Below, piece after piece: positions 10,036 to 22,955 of a stretch of 64,000 nucleotides of DNA (position 1 is its first letter; each line of letters starts with the position of its first letter). The DNA lies in NCBI GenBank assembly GCA_027604505.1, contig JADIIX010000090.1, forward strand, positions 1 through 64,000. The letters are read 5' to 3'. The position numbers and the translations under genes are program-made. This DNA comes from Gonapodya sp. JEL0774 (taxonomy: Eukaryota). Under the pieces are notes generated by a model. It was not told where the DNA came from, made no database searches, and was given only the letters and a program-made list of their open reading frames with translations.

Positions 10036-12560
10036 ATGGACAGTCTTGTGATTCTGTCAGAGACTGGGTGCGCACTCATCTCCTCCGTGCTTTATTCCCC
10101 GTCCATTCTCGGCTCCACTCCAAAATTCATTCCATTTTCCGTGTCATCCAACCATTCCCCTCCCAAATCCCATCTCCACTCCAGAAAGACGATTTTCGCT
10201 AAACACTTCAGACTCCCTTCTCCTCCTGCTACTGTCATTGCCGAATTCCTCTCCCTGGTCGGAAAGCCCTCGTCTCTCTCAACTCATTCCTCTTCACACC
10301 ACGCCCTAAAGAATGGCACCTCCACCTCCCAGACAGGAAATGCAACGGGCAGCTCAGATACTCCACCCGCCGTCGCGGTCTGCGAGGGAACTTGGCGGGT
10401 ACATCAGCTTTTCCGCGGCCACATTTGGATTCTGGGAATCGTGCGAGGGGACGGTGTGTTGGGCTTTGGAGCTCCCACCACCCTATAACATACTTAGTTC
10501 CGCTGCTAGTGCCGCCCTTGTTCGTCCTCCAACTCCTGCAACGATTGGGTGAACTCATGACCGAGTATTTTGATGGATTCACCGAGGCTATTGTCCGAGA
10601 CAACGCTGTCATCATTTACGAAGTGAGTTCCCCCTCTAATCATATTCCCCGTGCCCGTCCTTCCCCACCACGATTTACCCACAACGGCGTACGTCGCGCT
10701 TTCGATCGATTGAATCGTTTACTGCACCCTATCAAGCTCCTCGATGAAATGCTCGACGCCGGATTTCCGGTCAACACTGAGCCCGCAGTCCTCCGCGAAC
10801 TCGTCCCACCACCGAGCCTCCTCAGCCAACTCGTTCAGGCTGTAAACATCGGTACAAAGTACGTTGCTTAATTTTGAGACCGACATTGTGAGCTGCACCT
10901 CAAACCGTGGTCACCGCCCACGCCACCGCTATGTGCCCGATGTCCCACGCACCCTCCAGTCTCCCTTCTGTCCGTCCCCTCCCCACTCTTTCCAATATCC
11001 CCTGGCGCCCCACAAACATTAAATACGCATCCAACGAGGTCCTCTTTGACATCGCCGAAGAAATCGACGTCCTCATGAACTCGTGCGTACCCCATTCACA
11101 ATGGTCGTCTCAGTGAGACAGAGCATAAGCTTCATGGGCATCTATCAAAACTCGTTTATACGCACTCTATGCACGCATGCAGCAACGGATCTATCGCCTC
11201 GGGTGAAATCCAGGGCCAGATCAACTGCCTCTCGAAATTGTCTGGTGGGTACCAACTCTGAACCTCCCCTGGCATTTGCACCCGCCGTCCCTCCACTAAT
11301 TCCCTCTTACCTCATCTTCGCTTCTTGTCTGGTTCCCCGATCCCTGTCCAAACTAATCCGGTTCTCGTCCACCGCATGGTGACTCATCCGACAAGGCATG
11401 CCCGAACTCTTGCTCACCTTCACCAACAGCAGGATCATCGAGAACGACGTGATCGGGTTTCATCCTTGCGTGCGGTGCGTTTTGCCATGCGATCGACAGG
11501 TTCAAGTGATCGTGTTTTGGATCCTTGCTGAAGTCCCGCATGTCTAATGTGATCCCCAACTACAACCACTTTTCCCGCTTTCCACTTCCCCTCTGCAACA
11601 ACATCAGACATGCTCGTTGGGCAAAAGACCGTACCCTCTCCTTCGTGCCTCCCGATGGCTCCTCGACACTGATGAAATACAGGTGTGCCGTAGTTCGACG
11701 CGTGCGCCAGCAGTGACGAAATGTCACTCCCATCACGATCCCACACCACACAGCATCCCTCTCCAAAATACCAGCAGCCTTCCCCTTCATATCCGCCCGC
11801 AATTCTCCGTTTTGAGTTCGACAGGTAGGGCTCCGTGAGCGCTGACTCGCTCGGTGCGATCGCCCTTCTTACCGGCTCCACATCTCGCCTTTTATCCAGC
11901 CAAACTTGAGCTTAACCTCACCCAACGCACCTCCGGTGCCAAGGGACTGGAATCCGTCGCCCTCATCGTTTTACTTCCTCAGTCCACGGGGGATATCAGG
12001 ACGAACGTGAACGTCGGGCAGTCCAAGTGGGATAGTTTGACGAAGGTGAGCTGCGGCTGTAGAATTGGGTGACCGTTTGGACAATTTTTGTGATCGGTGG
12101 GTTCTGATCGTGGGGCCCATTGCCATTATTGTATCCAGAGACTTCAGTGGGTGGTACCCAAAATGTCCGCCGAACCAGGAAAAGGTGGTATTCCTCAACT
12201 CTCGTGTACATTTTCATTGCAAAGGTGGGCCATTCTGAGTCCGCGAAAGCCTCGTTGATACATAACGTCGCCTTACCTGTGTTACTTTTTGCAGAGAGGA
12301 TGCCAAACTTGCCATGGTCGCGATTTTTGCTGATTTCCGAGTACAAGGCCAATCCGTAAGCGGACTGCGTGTGGACACGTTACAATTGCTAAATGAACCA
12401 TACAAGCCGTATAAGGTAAGAACTAGTGGATTGTGAAACTTCGATCGGGTTTTCATTTTATTTTATCCCGACTCCCAAACTACAAACTTTTTTACCGATT
12501 TCAAAGGGTGTAAAATCATCTATCAAAGCCGGTAGATACTGTATGAGATTGTCAGCGTAG
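10036..12560 (+). CDS. APM3: AP-3 adaptor complex mu subunit, spliced
   Basis: MDSLVILSETG, VPPLFV..L.R..E...EYF...[39 protein letters not shown]...KY.SNE..FD..EEID and C-terminal YKPYKGVK...AGRY. Confidence 0.88.
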
Positions 12561-13339
12561 ACCGAGCAAGGTGATATCCCACTTCAGGTGTTGCCCGCGT
12601 GCGCAGATTCCGATGCCGATGTCGTCCCAGCTTCACCATGGGCGGAGTGAATTTGCTCGATCGTCTAGTGGAGATGAGTGAGCGGGAGCAGGGCCAGGAG
12701 AAACGGGGACAGGAACGTACATCTGCTTGAAGAGTTTCAATCGGCTCCTCTGGCTCTCGCTCGGCTTTTATGACAGCTTCACTGTAGGAAGCCAATCTAT
12801 CCGACCATAGCATAGCAAGGAAGTGCTTAATGCCAGACCAAAGAATATACCAAAGTCCACGTTCACGCATCCCCCTCAACGCACAATTGTGACCATTCTT
12901 TCACATGCTTGATGGGGCCTACGCTTGTCTTGCTGGGTTGTCGTTGCTTCGCCTTCTCGAGCGCCTCGGGGTCATTGTCCGACTTACAGTTGGTCCGGTA
13001 AAAGAGGTCATGCTCGAGGATGACGATGTGTTCAATCAACTGAATAGCCCACCATGTGAGAGCCGACCGGTACTCGAAGCGACACGGTGCTGGAGAGGAA
13101 CCTTATGCCAGGGAAAGCAGTCCGTCGCATAGTGGAAGGGATGATCCTGGACAGAGAGAACATTGTGGTTGTGCGTGGAAACGAAACGGGGTTGCTTGAG
13201 TGTTGATGGTGACGTCACTAACCCGCCAAGCCACAACATCATGGGACAAGACCGCGATATTTCATTATTTACAACTTTTTACGAATCGGAAGCATGTGCA
13301 GTGAAAAGTACAGTGAGTCTTTGACAAGATAATGATGAT

Positions 13340-13769
13340 TCACTCTGAGTCCGCCGTGAGAGTCTCCCAAGGACTGCGATCCATGGGACACTGTTGGCGA
13401 CTAGATTCCTGATTCAACCATTTAAGAATGCAATGCATGTGGAAAACGTGTTGGCATTTGCCCCAAACTGGAGGTCGGGAATGTCACCGGGTGCACGGAT
13501 ACGGAATCGACCACCACTCGGATGGATCAGGCTCCCATACGATCGTGAAAATACAGTAGATGACGTACTGAGGGGACAATCCTCTCCTGGGCTTTTGCAG
13601 TCGGGGCAACATCCGTCGAAAGCGTTCCTGCAGATACCACACACATCATCCTCGTCCTTGACTGTCCATTTCCAGACGGCCACGGCGTGCCAGCCTAGAT
13701 ACAGGAGAAGATGCTTCACCGATAAGCACGTGAAAAAAAGAGCTCCTCACTTTTGATTTTGAGCTTCAT
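13340..13769 (-). CDS. APC11: Anaphase-promoting complex RING-H2 subunit 11, spliced
   Basis: MKLKIK|.WHAVAVWKW..DDVCGICRNAFDGCCPDCK.PGEDCPL|.WGKCQHVFHMHCILKWL....QQCPMDRSPW. Confidence 0.95.
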
Positions 13770-14251
13770 CGGACCTGGAGGTTTTGTGATCCAGATTTGA
13801 AATGTTTCCTGAAAGCTGCTCCAGGGAACGCCCACGCGCGAGCGCTGAATCAGCTCAAGCAAGACGAAATGGTGAGGTTTGGTCTCCTATTTAGGTGGGA
13901 AACGAAGTTCGATAGAAGCGGTTTCGCTTTCTGCTGGTGTCATACAAACAACTCAAAATGCTGAATGTTCGGCGTTCACACGAAATCATTCAAGGGTGAC
14001 AATTAAGGAGTAATTCATCTCTTTATTGAAGTACACGGTTGAGATCGTAATCGCTCCAGAGTGAACACTTTCGAGGGCAGCTCTGCATAACAGAAGAATG
14101 TTCAGGGAGAGAAAGAATGACACCAAATCCTTGTCCTTGGATGTGTATTTGAGGTTTGGTTTGGGTTCTTGACCAACGACAGAGTGGAATTCAGCCATGA
14201 ATCGGCGGCTTTATACTGCTCACCCACCACCGTCACATCCCGCCCGTAACG

Positions 14252-16443
14252 ATGGTCGCGTCCGCCGTTTTCATTCTGGACCTTAAGGGCAAGGTCCTCA
14301 TCTCTCGGAACTATCGGGGGGACATTCCCATGTCCGCCATCGAGAAGTTCATGCCCTTGATCCTTGCCGCCGAGGAGAACGAGGAGAGTCCCGCGCCAGT
14401 GATGAGCACAGAGGATGGAACACATTTTCTATATGTGAAGCATAACAATGTCTACCGTGAGTGGTTTGCTGGGTCAAGCAGGTTCCCGCGCGTTCTGAGG
14501 GACGCTCGGCGGTGAAGCAGCCGTGGACGTCGGAGTTAGACACCACATGGCAACTCGCCGTTGACACCAGTATTGAAGCTCTTGAGAGTGGTTTTGAGAA
14601 TTCGTTCACTCGAACCCAATCTCTGACTGGAATTCAAAACTCGAAACGCCTTAGTGGTTGCCATGACCCGGAAGAACTCGAACGCAGCGACCATCGTCCT
14701 CTTTCTCCACAGACTCATACAGGTGAAAATTTGTGTCGTGCTTACACTGTGCAGCTGTGTGAGCTCCGAGCGGGACTGAGCAATTTTTGGGCCCTAGGTG
14801 TTCATTGAGTACTTCAAGGAGTTGGAGGAAGAGTCTATTCGGGACAACTTTGTCATCATTTACGAGCTATTGGATGAAATGATGGACTTTGGATACCCTC
14901 AGACCACGGAACCCAACATCTTGAAAGAGTGAGTGTGTTTTGCCGGATTGAAATCCTCTATCAAGCTCGCATCCTCTGGGTACCTTACCCTGCCCATCCC
15001 TGTCGATTCAGATACATTACCCAAGAGTCACACAAACTAGAATCTCAGACTCGTCCACCACCTGCAGTCACGAATGCTGTTTCATGGCGGTCTGAAGGAA
15101 TCAAGTATCGGAAGAATGAAGTGTTTTTGGACGTTGTGGAGTCCGTTAACCTCATGGTAAGCTTAGTTGATTTCAAGGTCACCCTGGGTTTCTCTTTGTT
15201 AGACCTTTGCTTTCAGGTAAACGCCAACGGTAACGTCCTCAGGTCCGAAATTCTTGGCGCAATCAAGATGAAGGTGTACCTCACGGGTATGCCCGAGCTG
15301 CGACTTGGACTCAATGATAAGGTCATGTTTGATAGCGATGGCAAATGTGAGTTTGCCAATTCGGTCACGCTGGTTTATACCCACTCCTGTCACACGGCCT
15401 TGAATTTCAAATTCTAGCACCTTCTGCGAAGGGCAAATCCATCGAAATGGAGGATGTAAAGTTCCACCAGTGTGTCCGCTTGTCCCGATTCGACAACGAC
15501 AGAACAATCTCGTTCATCCCTCCGGACGGCGAGTTTGAGCTTATGAGCTACCGGCTAAATACGCAGGTGAGGTTTGCCTGAATTGGGACATTAGTTCTTT
15601 TTGTCTTTGTTTCTGTGAATGTTTATCATTGTTATTTCCCTGAATGATCCTCATTCTTGCGGTCCCAAGGTGAAACCTCTGATTTGGTGCGAGGCATTGA
15701 TTGAGCAACATCCCGGTTCTCGGATTGAGTACATGCTCAAAGTAAGGCTCGTTATCGCGAATAGTTCGGGTCGGTGCTGAAATCGACGACCGCGGAACTA
15801 CCGTCGACAGGCGAAAGCTCAGTTCAAACGACGCTCCACCGCCAACAATGTCGAGATTCTTGTCCCCGTCCCTGAAGATGCTGACAGTCCCAAATTCAAG
15901 TGCACTGCTGGAACGGTTTCGTACGCTCCGGAAAAGAACTCCATGGTGTGGAGGATCAAGCAGTTCCAAGGAGGCAAGGAGTTCTTGATGAGGGCGCACT
16001 TTGGATTGCCTAGTGTCAAAAGCGGTGAGTTTGAAGCTTTTGCGTGATAAAGTCCTCAGATTCATAAAATTATACTTCTGCAGAGGACCCCGACAAACGT
16101 CCTCCGATTTCGATCAAATACGAGATTCCGTACTTCACTACATCAGGTATCCAAGTCCGATATCTTAAAGTGGTGGAGAAGAGCGGGTACCAAGCGTTCC
16201 CTTGGGTTAGATACATCACTCAGAATGGAGGTGAGGGACACCCAACGAAATCCTTTGGATACATACTCCTGTACAGTTGGTTCTGCGTCCTCTCACCATG
16301 ACCCGGTACTTCATTCACAGATTACCACATCCGGCTTCCACTCCCAATGGATACGAATAAATTGCCTGAAATTGTGGGTAGTAGGGATCTCAGCGAACGT
16401 GTTGTTCTTCGATTGTTCCAACTTTTCAAAGTCTCTACAGTGA
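14252..16443 (+). CDS. APM1: AP-1 adaptor complex mu subunit, spliced
   Basis: [76 protein letters not shown] and [14 protein letters not shown]. The stop TGA at 16441-16443 follows a final intron (16374-16440). Confidence 0.95.
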
Positions 16444-16614
16444 TCTCCCAGATTCAACTCAGTGGAGCGGTGAATACCCATTATGTCAGTACATATACCC
16501 GAATGCTCTGCTGTACAGAAATACATGGGGGGAGGATTGCCTCAACCAGATCGGCCACAGAGCAGCTGCTCCTTTTTATGACCGCAGTCTGTCGACTGAA
16601 CCTAATGATGACTT

Positions 16615-17302
16615 ATGAGCGACGATAGCCCCCCATCCGCTCCAAATGCTCGACCAGTTCCTGCTGCAGGCCCACCGAAAGGTTCGCATCATATGGGATC
16701 CCTTTCACCTGTAGCAACGGCGATCGCAGAACTGATTCACCATCTGCTATCAATCAAATCACATTCAAGTGGTTGTCAACTTCCGCGCAACCGGAAACGC
16801 CCCGATATTAAAGCAAAATCTGTTCAAGATAACCGCATCGTTCAAGTTCCAGACTGTGATTGATTTCCTGAGGAAACAACTCAATGTGCAGCCTGCTTCT
16901 GGGGAAGTCCTGGTGAGCTCAGGGGTACCCCTCTTCCACTTTCCGTTAGATTGTGTCTCTTTACTATGATATGAGATACGGGACGAAGCGTTTCAAAAAA
17001 GCCTAACTTCGGGTCGTTTCCTTTACGTCCTCGGTTTCCAAAGTTGCTCTACGTCAACAGTGCATTCGTCCCCGCCCCTGACGAGATCGTTGGGAACCTC
17101 CAACAAGTACGCTTTGCAAATTTACTACCAGCGTATACCTCTCTTCGGACCTAACAAGGTCCCAATCGTTTTCATTTCTCTCCTCTCGTGCGGGTGGGTC
17201 GTTCCCTCCTCACCGGTTCGCATCGTCTCCACCTCGCAGTGCTTCAAAGATGCTTCAGGGTCTCTTGTGATCAATTACGCGACGACTGCAGCATGGGGAT
17301 AA
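16615..17302 (+). CDS. ATG12: Ubiquitin-like autophagy protein Atg12, spliced
   Basis: [19 protein letters not shown]....[30 protein letters not shown] and C-terminal Y.TTAAWG. Confidence 0.95.
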
Positions 17303-17815
17303 CGTGATGTGGGGTCCGATTGGGACCTGCACGAAGGAAACACAATAGTGCAGTACCGTATTTGGTGAACGAAACATATGAATTCAAATGCATACCCAGA
17401 GCAACAACACACTGCTACGCAGAGCCCTGACTTGCCTAAATCACATGCGAACAACTCCCTATTTCCAAGTCCCACGTGCACATTAACTCAAATGCCGAAT
17501 ACTTCTACAGCGACTTATGAACGTCGTCACGACAAATCTCCATATATCAAATTTCAAATTCCGAAATCCCCAGATCATCAACTCCTCAATTCCAAATCAC
17601 ATCAATCCCAAGCTGCCACCAACATCCCATTCCCCGCTGACCCAAAACCAAACTCGACATAAACCAATGAAACTCTACCAAGAAACGAGAGAACGATCCC
17701 CCCCTGCCCTGACCCTCAAAGTAACCAGTCCAAAATCCAATCAAAGTCATACCACCAAATTCGCTCTCGATCTGTCTCAAATTGTGACACTCTTGGCAAT
17801 CTTAGCCACCCAGGA

Positions 17816-20800
17816 TCAGCTGTCAGCTTCTGCCCGACTAGTGAATCCATGTTTGACCTTGAAGTGGTTCCTCGCGTCTTGTTTGCTGTAGAGCGACACA
17901 GTGGGTGGGCAGAGCTGTAGTGCACGACAAAAGCGACAGACGATTAGTTAGAGTCACTTGCAACAGAGCCAATCATAACCCTCCACCCCTCCCCAAACAA
18001 TGCTACCTTTTCCAAGACCCCCGACCTTTCAACTCACCGAGCACACAAAATGCTTCACCTTGTGATGTTCCACCTTTAACAAGTGCACCAACATATTACT
18101 CTTCTTCCTATCACCGTAACTACACCCTGGGTACGGACACGTCCACTCTGGCCTCCCCCTCCCTCCCAACCTACAGTGGTTGGACAACAAGTGATCCCCC
18201 ATGGCACAGTGCCCGTCTGCCACGGGATCCCCCTCCGCGATGGCCACGGGACCGGTCGAGAGGGAGAGCGGTGAGGGCAAGTCGGTAGAGCAGTAGACGA
18301 AAGCGTTTGATCGGCCAATACGAACCGGGCGGGAATAGCAGGTGGTGGAGAAGGTGCAAGTGGGCACTGGGCACCGGAGGGTTTCGAATGAGAGGGAGGG
18401 GTTGACATGGAGACGTGGCGGCGACCCAGATTCCACGGCTGTGGTATGTGTGGCGGGGCCGAGATGCGTGTGTCCGTGCCCGTGGCGGTGCCCCATCCCC
18501 GCATCACCCGCCGCCCTCTCTGCCGACTCCTCATACAGGTGGTCCGACCCCGCCGACGGCGACACAGACCTCGCACTGTGGGATCTCGCGTTCGCTCTCG
18601 CATGCCTGGGTGAAGCGGTGACCGAGGACGCCGCCGACGCCCTTGACGATCGCGATCTAGACGACCGCGACTTGCGACCACCAGCACCAGCACCTCCTCC
18701 TGAATCGTTCTGCCCATTGCGTGCACTCCCATTCCCCCCCAACCCCTTCAGCTCGCCACCGTGTTCGAGCTCCCCATCTGGTCCGACGATCGACAGGGCC
18801 ACCGCTGGCGTGACGAGCGGGTCCGTGTCTATGCCGAGTGACAGGGTAAAGTGGTCCAAATCCAGATGGGACGGGACACCAAGGTGAGGGTACAAGACTC
18901 CGGTCGAGTCTGACCCGACGGTAGACCCACCCGCCGCAGCGCCATCAAAGTGCCAAGTAGCGGCCGGATCTACCGAGGCGGATGCGGACGTGGACCCAGA
19001 CCCAGATCCAGACCGGTACCCCGACCCCGACCCCGACGACGACGACGACGACGACGACGACATGGTGGGCGACGGATGTGACCGATCAAGCGCCGCAGTT
19101 CGAGTGTGCGCGAGCAAGTTCGCGTTCGCGTTCCCGTTCCCGTATGTGTGCGTGAGCGTATGGAGTCTCGGTGACCGGCCTCCCTCCGCCCAAGCGCCAA
19201 TACCCATCCCTTCCATACCCTGCGCGGACCCTGGGCCACCACACTCGAGCACCGCTGCGCCGTAATTGCGGTGGTGCCCCTGTGGGGCGACGCGGTGGTG
19301 CATGTGGTCGTGGGACGACGAGTGGCCCGGCTGACCGGCGTTCCTGCCGAGCAACGGTGAAGGCGGGCGAGAGCGGGAGGCGGATCGGGATCTGGACGGG
19401 GATCGGGACCGGGTCGAGGTATGGGGAGGGTGGGCGAGGAGGGGTACGGCGAGGGACTGGTGCTGGAGCGGGGGCTGGGTGTGTGGGATGCCGATGTTCT
19501 GGTGCTCGTGGTGGCCATAGTGGGGCAGCGTCGCCGTGCCCAATCCCATATCCGCGCCCATGCCCATGCCCATTCCCCTGCTAAACACGTCTCCCACAAG
19601 CCCGAGCGCTGAGGGGGAGGGACTGACCGAGCCAGGTGGCACGCCCACGCCCAGGCCGGCGGCGGGATCCGGACCCGGAACGAGCCCCAAGCCTACACTC
19701 AAGTCCATTCCAGCCACCATGCCCATGCCCATGTCCATGTTCGAGTTCATGGCCATGTTGAAGCCTCCGCCCATGCCCACGTCCCAACCCACACCCCCAC
19801 CCAGCTGGTGCGGTTGCGGCGCGGCGGGCCAGGCAGACTGGACGCGAGAGGGGGTGGTGGTGGGGGCAGTGGAGGAGCTGGTGGAGGTGGAGTGGGTGTG
19901 TTGGTATGGTGCTGCACCTGCGCCGGCACCGCCACCTCCACCTCCACCCGCACCTCCGCCAATGGCCATGCTCGCCGGGTCGAGCGAGGCCGACCTCGCT
20001 CGAGTGTGTGAGTGGGAGTGTGGGAACGACACCCCGTTCGTACCCAGACCCGCACCAGGCCCCGACCCGGAGCCCGACCGCGAGTGGGTCCTGCGGTGTG
20101 CCGGGGGAGGTGCGAGGAGAGGGGTAGCGGCGGGAACGTCGGAGAGGGATTGGGGAAGGGGGAGGGTTGGGGCGGGGTACGAGGTGCGAGGCGAGGTGGA
20201 AGTGGCGGGCGGTCGTTGGTGTCCCGTACTCAGACCCTGCCACTGCAACTGCCCATGTGCGCGCGCCTGAGCCTGAGCCTGCGCATGGCCTTGAGCCTGT
20301 GCGATGGCGTTCTGAATGGCCAGAGCACCCTTGACTGCGATAGACCATTGTGAGGACGCAGAGGTGGTTGACGTGGCGGGGGTGGTTGTGGCTGTGGTGG
20401 GGGAGAGTGAAGGGACCTGGGATGTAGAGGGTTCGAGTTTGACGGAGGTGGCGAGGTGGGGGGAAAGGGGCTGCGGGTGCGGGTGGGTGGTGGAGAGGTG
20501 GTGGAGGGGAAGGGTTGATTTGGGGAACAATGATGACGAGGTGTGCGGCGGCAAGAAATCAAGGGGATCAGGGATGGTCGGCAAGTTGAGGGAGAGGGAG
20601 AGTGCGTTTTCGGGCAAAGGCCACAGGTTGAGTGGGCTGGTGGTTGAAGGAGTAGTGAGGAAGGGGAGGGATGAGGTGGGCGCTGCGGTGGTGGTTGTGG
20701 ATGTGGTGGCGGTTGCGGAGAATGGCGAGGCGGAGGAAAATAAGGAGGACGATGAGGATGAGGATGCGGAGGATGAAAAGGGGAGTGGGAGGGATGAGGA

Positions 20801-21478
20801 AGGAGCGGGGGCGGGCAGGGGAGGGTTTGAGGCGGCGATGGCGAGGGCGTCCGAGAGGTCCATGTCAGGGGAAGAGTCGTCGGAAGAGGACGAGGAGGAG
20901 GAGGTAGAGGATGCTGCTGAATGGGAGCGGGAGTGAGAGGGGATGAAGGGGAGAGAGGAGTTGTGTTGGACAACCGTGTTGGTGGTGTCCGTGCGTTGTC
21001 TCTTGTCCCTGTGGAGTCTGGAGTCCGAGTCCGAGTCGTCCGAGTCATCGTCATCGTCATCTGATGACAGGGATCCATCTGGTTTCCTGTTCCTTTTGGA
21101 GAAGAATGAGTTTATGGAGTTTGAGTCGCCCTGAGCGATCAAGAGGAGGGGAGAGTCGAATGAGGAGTTGAGGAGAGGGCGAGATGGGAGGAGCGCGGAT
21201 GTTGATCTTGAGAGGGAGAGGAGCGAGGGGTTGCGGGCGAGGGAGAGCGGCGAGTGCGGCGGGTTGAGCGGGGGTGACCGCGGTGCGGGTTGGGTGGGGG
21301 TGACGGGCTGAGCGACTGTGGTCTGTGACGGGTAGTGTGTGGGCTGAGTCGGCGACTGCGGTGTGTTGAGTGCTGTCTGTGCACTCTGTGCAGTGTGGTG
21401 GTGTATCGTGCTCGTTGATGCAGCTCCAGTCACCGACACCGATCCAGGCACAACACCAGAAACTGCAACCGATCCCAT
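17816..21478 (-). CDS. Large low-complexity protein with C-terminal C2H2 zinc fingers (probable transcription factor)
   Basis: 1149-codon open exon rich in S/P/G/H, then CPYPGCSY...MLVHLLKVEH and a spliced FVCS|LCPP..SKQDARNHFKVKH finger. The start codon is uncertain. Confidence 0.75.
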
Positions 21479-22460
21479 CCTATTTATCCTATCTGTTGCC
21501 CCAACAGAATCTCAGATGTCCGCTCTCAACTCGGTCCTTCGCTGCCGTTGCTACTCTCCTTCTCTCGCGCTTGTCTCTCCGCTATCTCGTGTCCCTCCCA
21601 ATCTCAATCGACCGCTGTTTCCTCAGATGCACTCTCGCCTGGCTCTTTCTCACTCGCTCCCGCTCTTCACACCAGTATTTTGTTGGTTCCCCTCGCTCCA
21701 CCTTTGGTTTGACTATGTAATCGTCACTGTGTTGCTCCCTGCCGCCTCAACCAGTTTTTCCCGCCTCAGGTTCGCTCCTCAAGTGAACCGACCCATCCCT
21801 CTCGGACTGCCGGTAATGACGGGCTCCCTCTCGACAACTTAAACTCCTTTAATCCCTAGACACCGCCCCCTTGTGCGCTTTAGTCCACCTAGAGATTCAA
21901 CACTTGTGTTTCTGTGTGAGGTAAGCAGATCTCGTTCCGCTTATACCTGCTGTACCCGTTCTCCCGCTTTTTTGCAAACGTGTTCCCGTGGAGTCTTTTT
22001 ATGTTACTATAACAATGACACATGTTCCTTGTCAAAAGTTCTCACGAGTGTTTTGCGGTGTTTTTCTTCTTCATGATATTGCCATTAACCTTCTCCCATT
22101 TTTTTGTCTTTCTATGAACAAGTCTGAAAGTTGTAGAGTAAGCTCTGGGAGAATTCGGAGTGGTGCGGGTGGTGCGGGTGCTGTTGCGATGTGTGTGGAC
22201 GAAACATGAACTCAAAGCTCATGAAAATAATTGAGTTATGGACAGCATACGCATCTATGGTTTCTCGGCGGCTGGTGAAGGCTCCATACTACGCTCCCCT
22301 CTTGAGAACCACCAAACCCCGAGCTTTGACGGCTCATACGGCGCCTCTCATGTTTGGTGTTTCTTTTGAGAGGGTGGGCGTCGACAGTGAAATCCCGACA
22401 CACCGCGGACCTTTTTTACACAGGATTATATATGTATAGTGGTCTTGATACGAACAACAA

Positions 22461-22533
22461 GGGGTTGTAACTCAGATGGTAGAGTGCTCGCTTCGCATGC
22501 GAGAAGTCAAGGGTTCGAATCCCTTCTGCTCCA
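22461..22533 (+). tRNA. tRNA-Ala (anticodon CGC), intronless
   Basis: Cloverleaf with acceptor GGGGTTG/CTGCTCC carrying the G3:U70 Ala identity pair, anticodon arm CTCGC-TTCGCAT-GCGAG and T-loop TTCGAAT. An oligo-T Pol III terminator follows at about 22548-22554. Confidence 0.95.
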
Positions 22534-22620
22534 AAATCTGCTGTCACTTTTTTTCGGACTTATAGCACTTACAGTAAACCCGAACCTCTTGAAGCAAAAT
22601 TGAGTTTTGCATGAGTGGCA

Positions 22621-22830
22621 CTACGAACTTGAACTAAGGGGTGATTGGGGTTTATTCGAGATTTTATCAAAAATCTCGATAGTACCATCAGCATCGAAAA
22701 AGCCAGAATACCAATGAGAATCAGGAGTAAGTTTAACAGGGTATATATCAGTTATGATTATGCAACCGTGAAATCGAATAACTGCAATTCTAAGAGCAAG
22801 GTCGACACCAGATCCTGACATTTCTTGCAA
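22621..22830 (-). pseudogene. LAGLIDADG homing endonuclease fragment, probable mitochondrial insertion (NUMT)
   Basis: AT-rich patch encoding YPVKLTPDSHWYSGFFDADGTI...PQ, typical of fungal mitochondrial intron LAGLIDADG ORFs. Confidence 0.7.
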
Positions 22831-22955
22831 ATTGAAGCTGTACTTGGATGTTATCCCATGTTACTTCAGTGAACTGAACTCAAATTACATATATCTGATT
22901 TGCTCGTCGTACCTATGTACATGCAACAAAAGAAACAAAGAAGGAGAAAAAGTCT

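Noticed and set aside
12580..13250. Possible gene between AP-3 mu and APC11 (ORFs 12523-12879, 12905-13132, 13036-13242)
   Set aside because: No recognisable motif and no consistent spliced frame could be built; it may be UTR or an orphan gene.
13780..14250. Possible structured ncRNA in the APC11/AP-1 mu divergent spacer
   Set aside because: No snRNA/snoRNA box motifs or convincing stem pattern were recognised by eye; an Infernal/Rfam scan would be needed.
18076..21400. Many long overlapping ORFs on both strands
   Set aside because: These are shadow ORFs caused by GC-rich, stop-poor low-complexity coding sequence.
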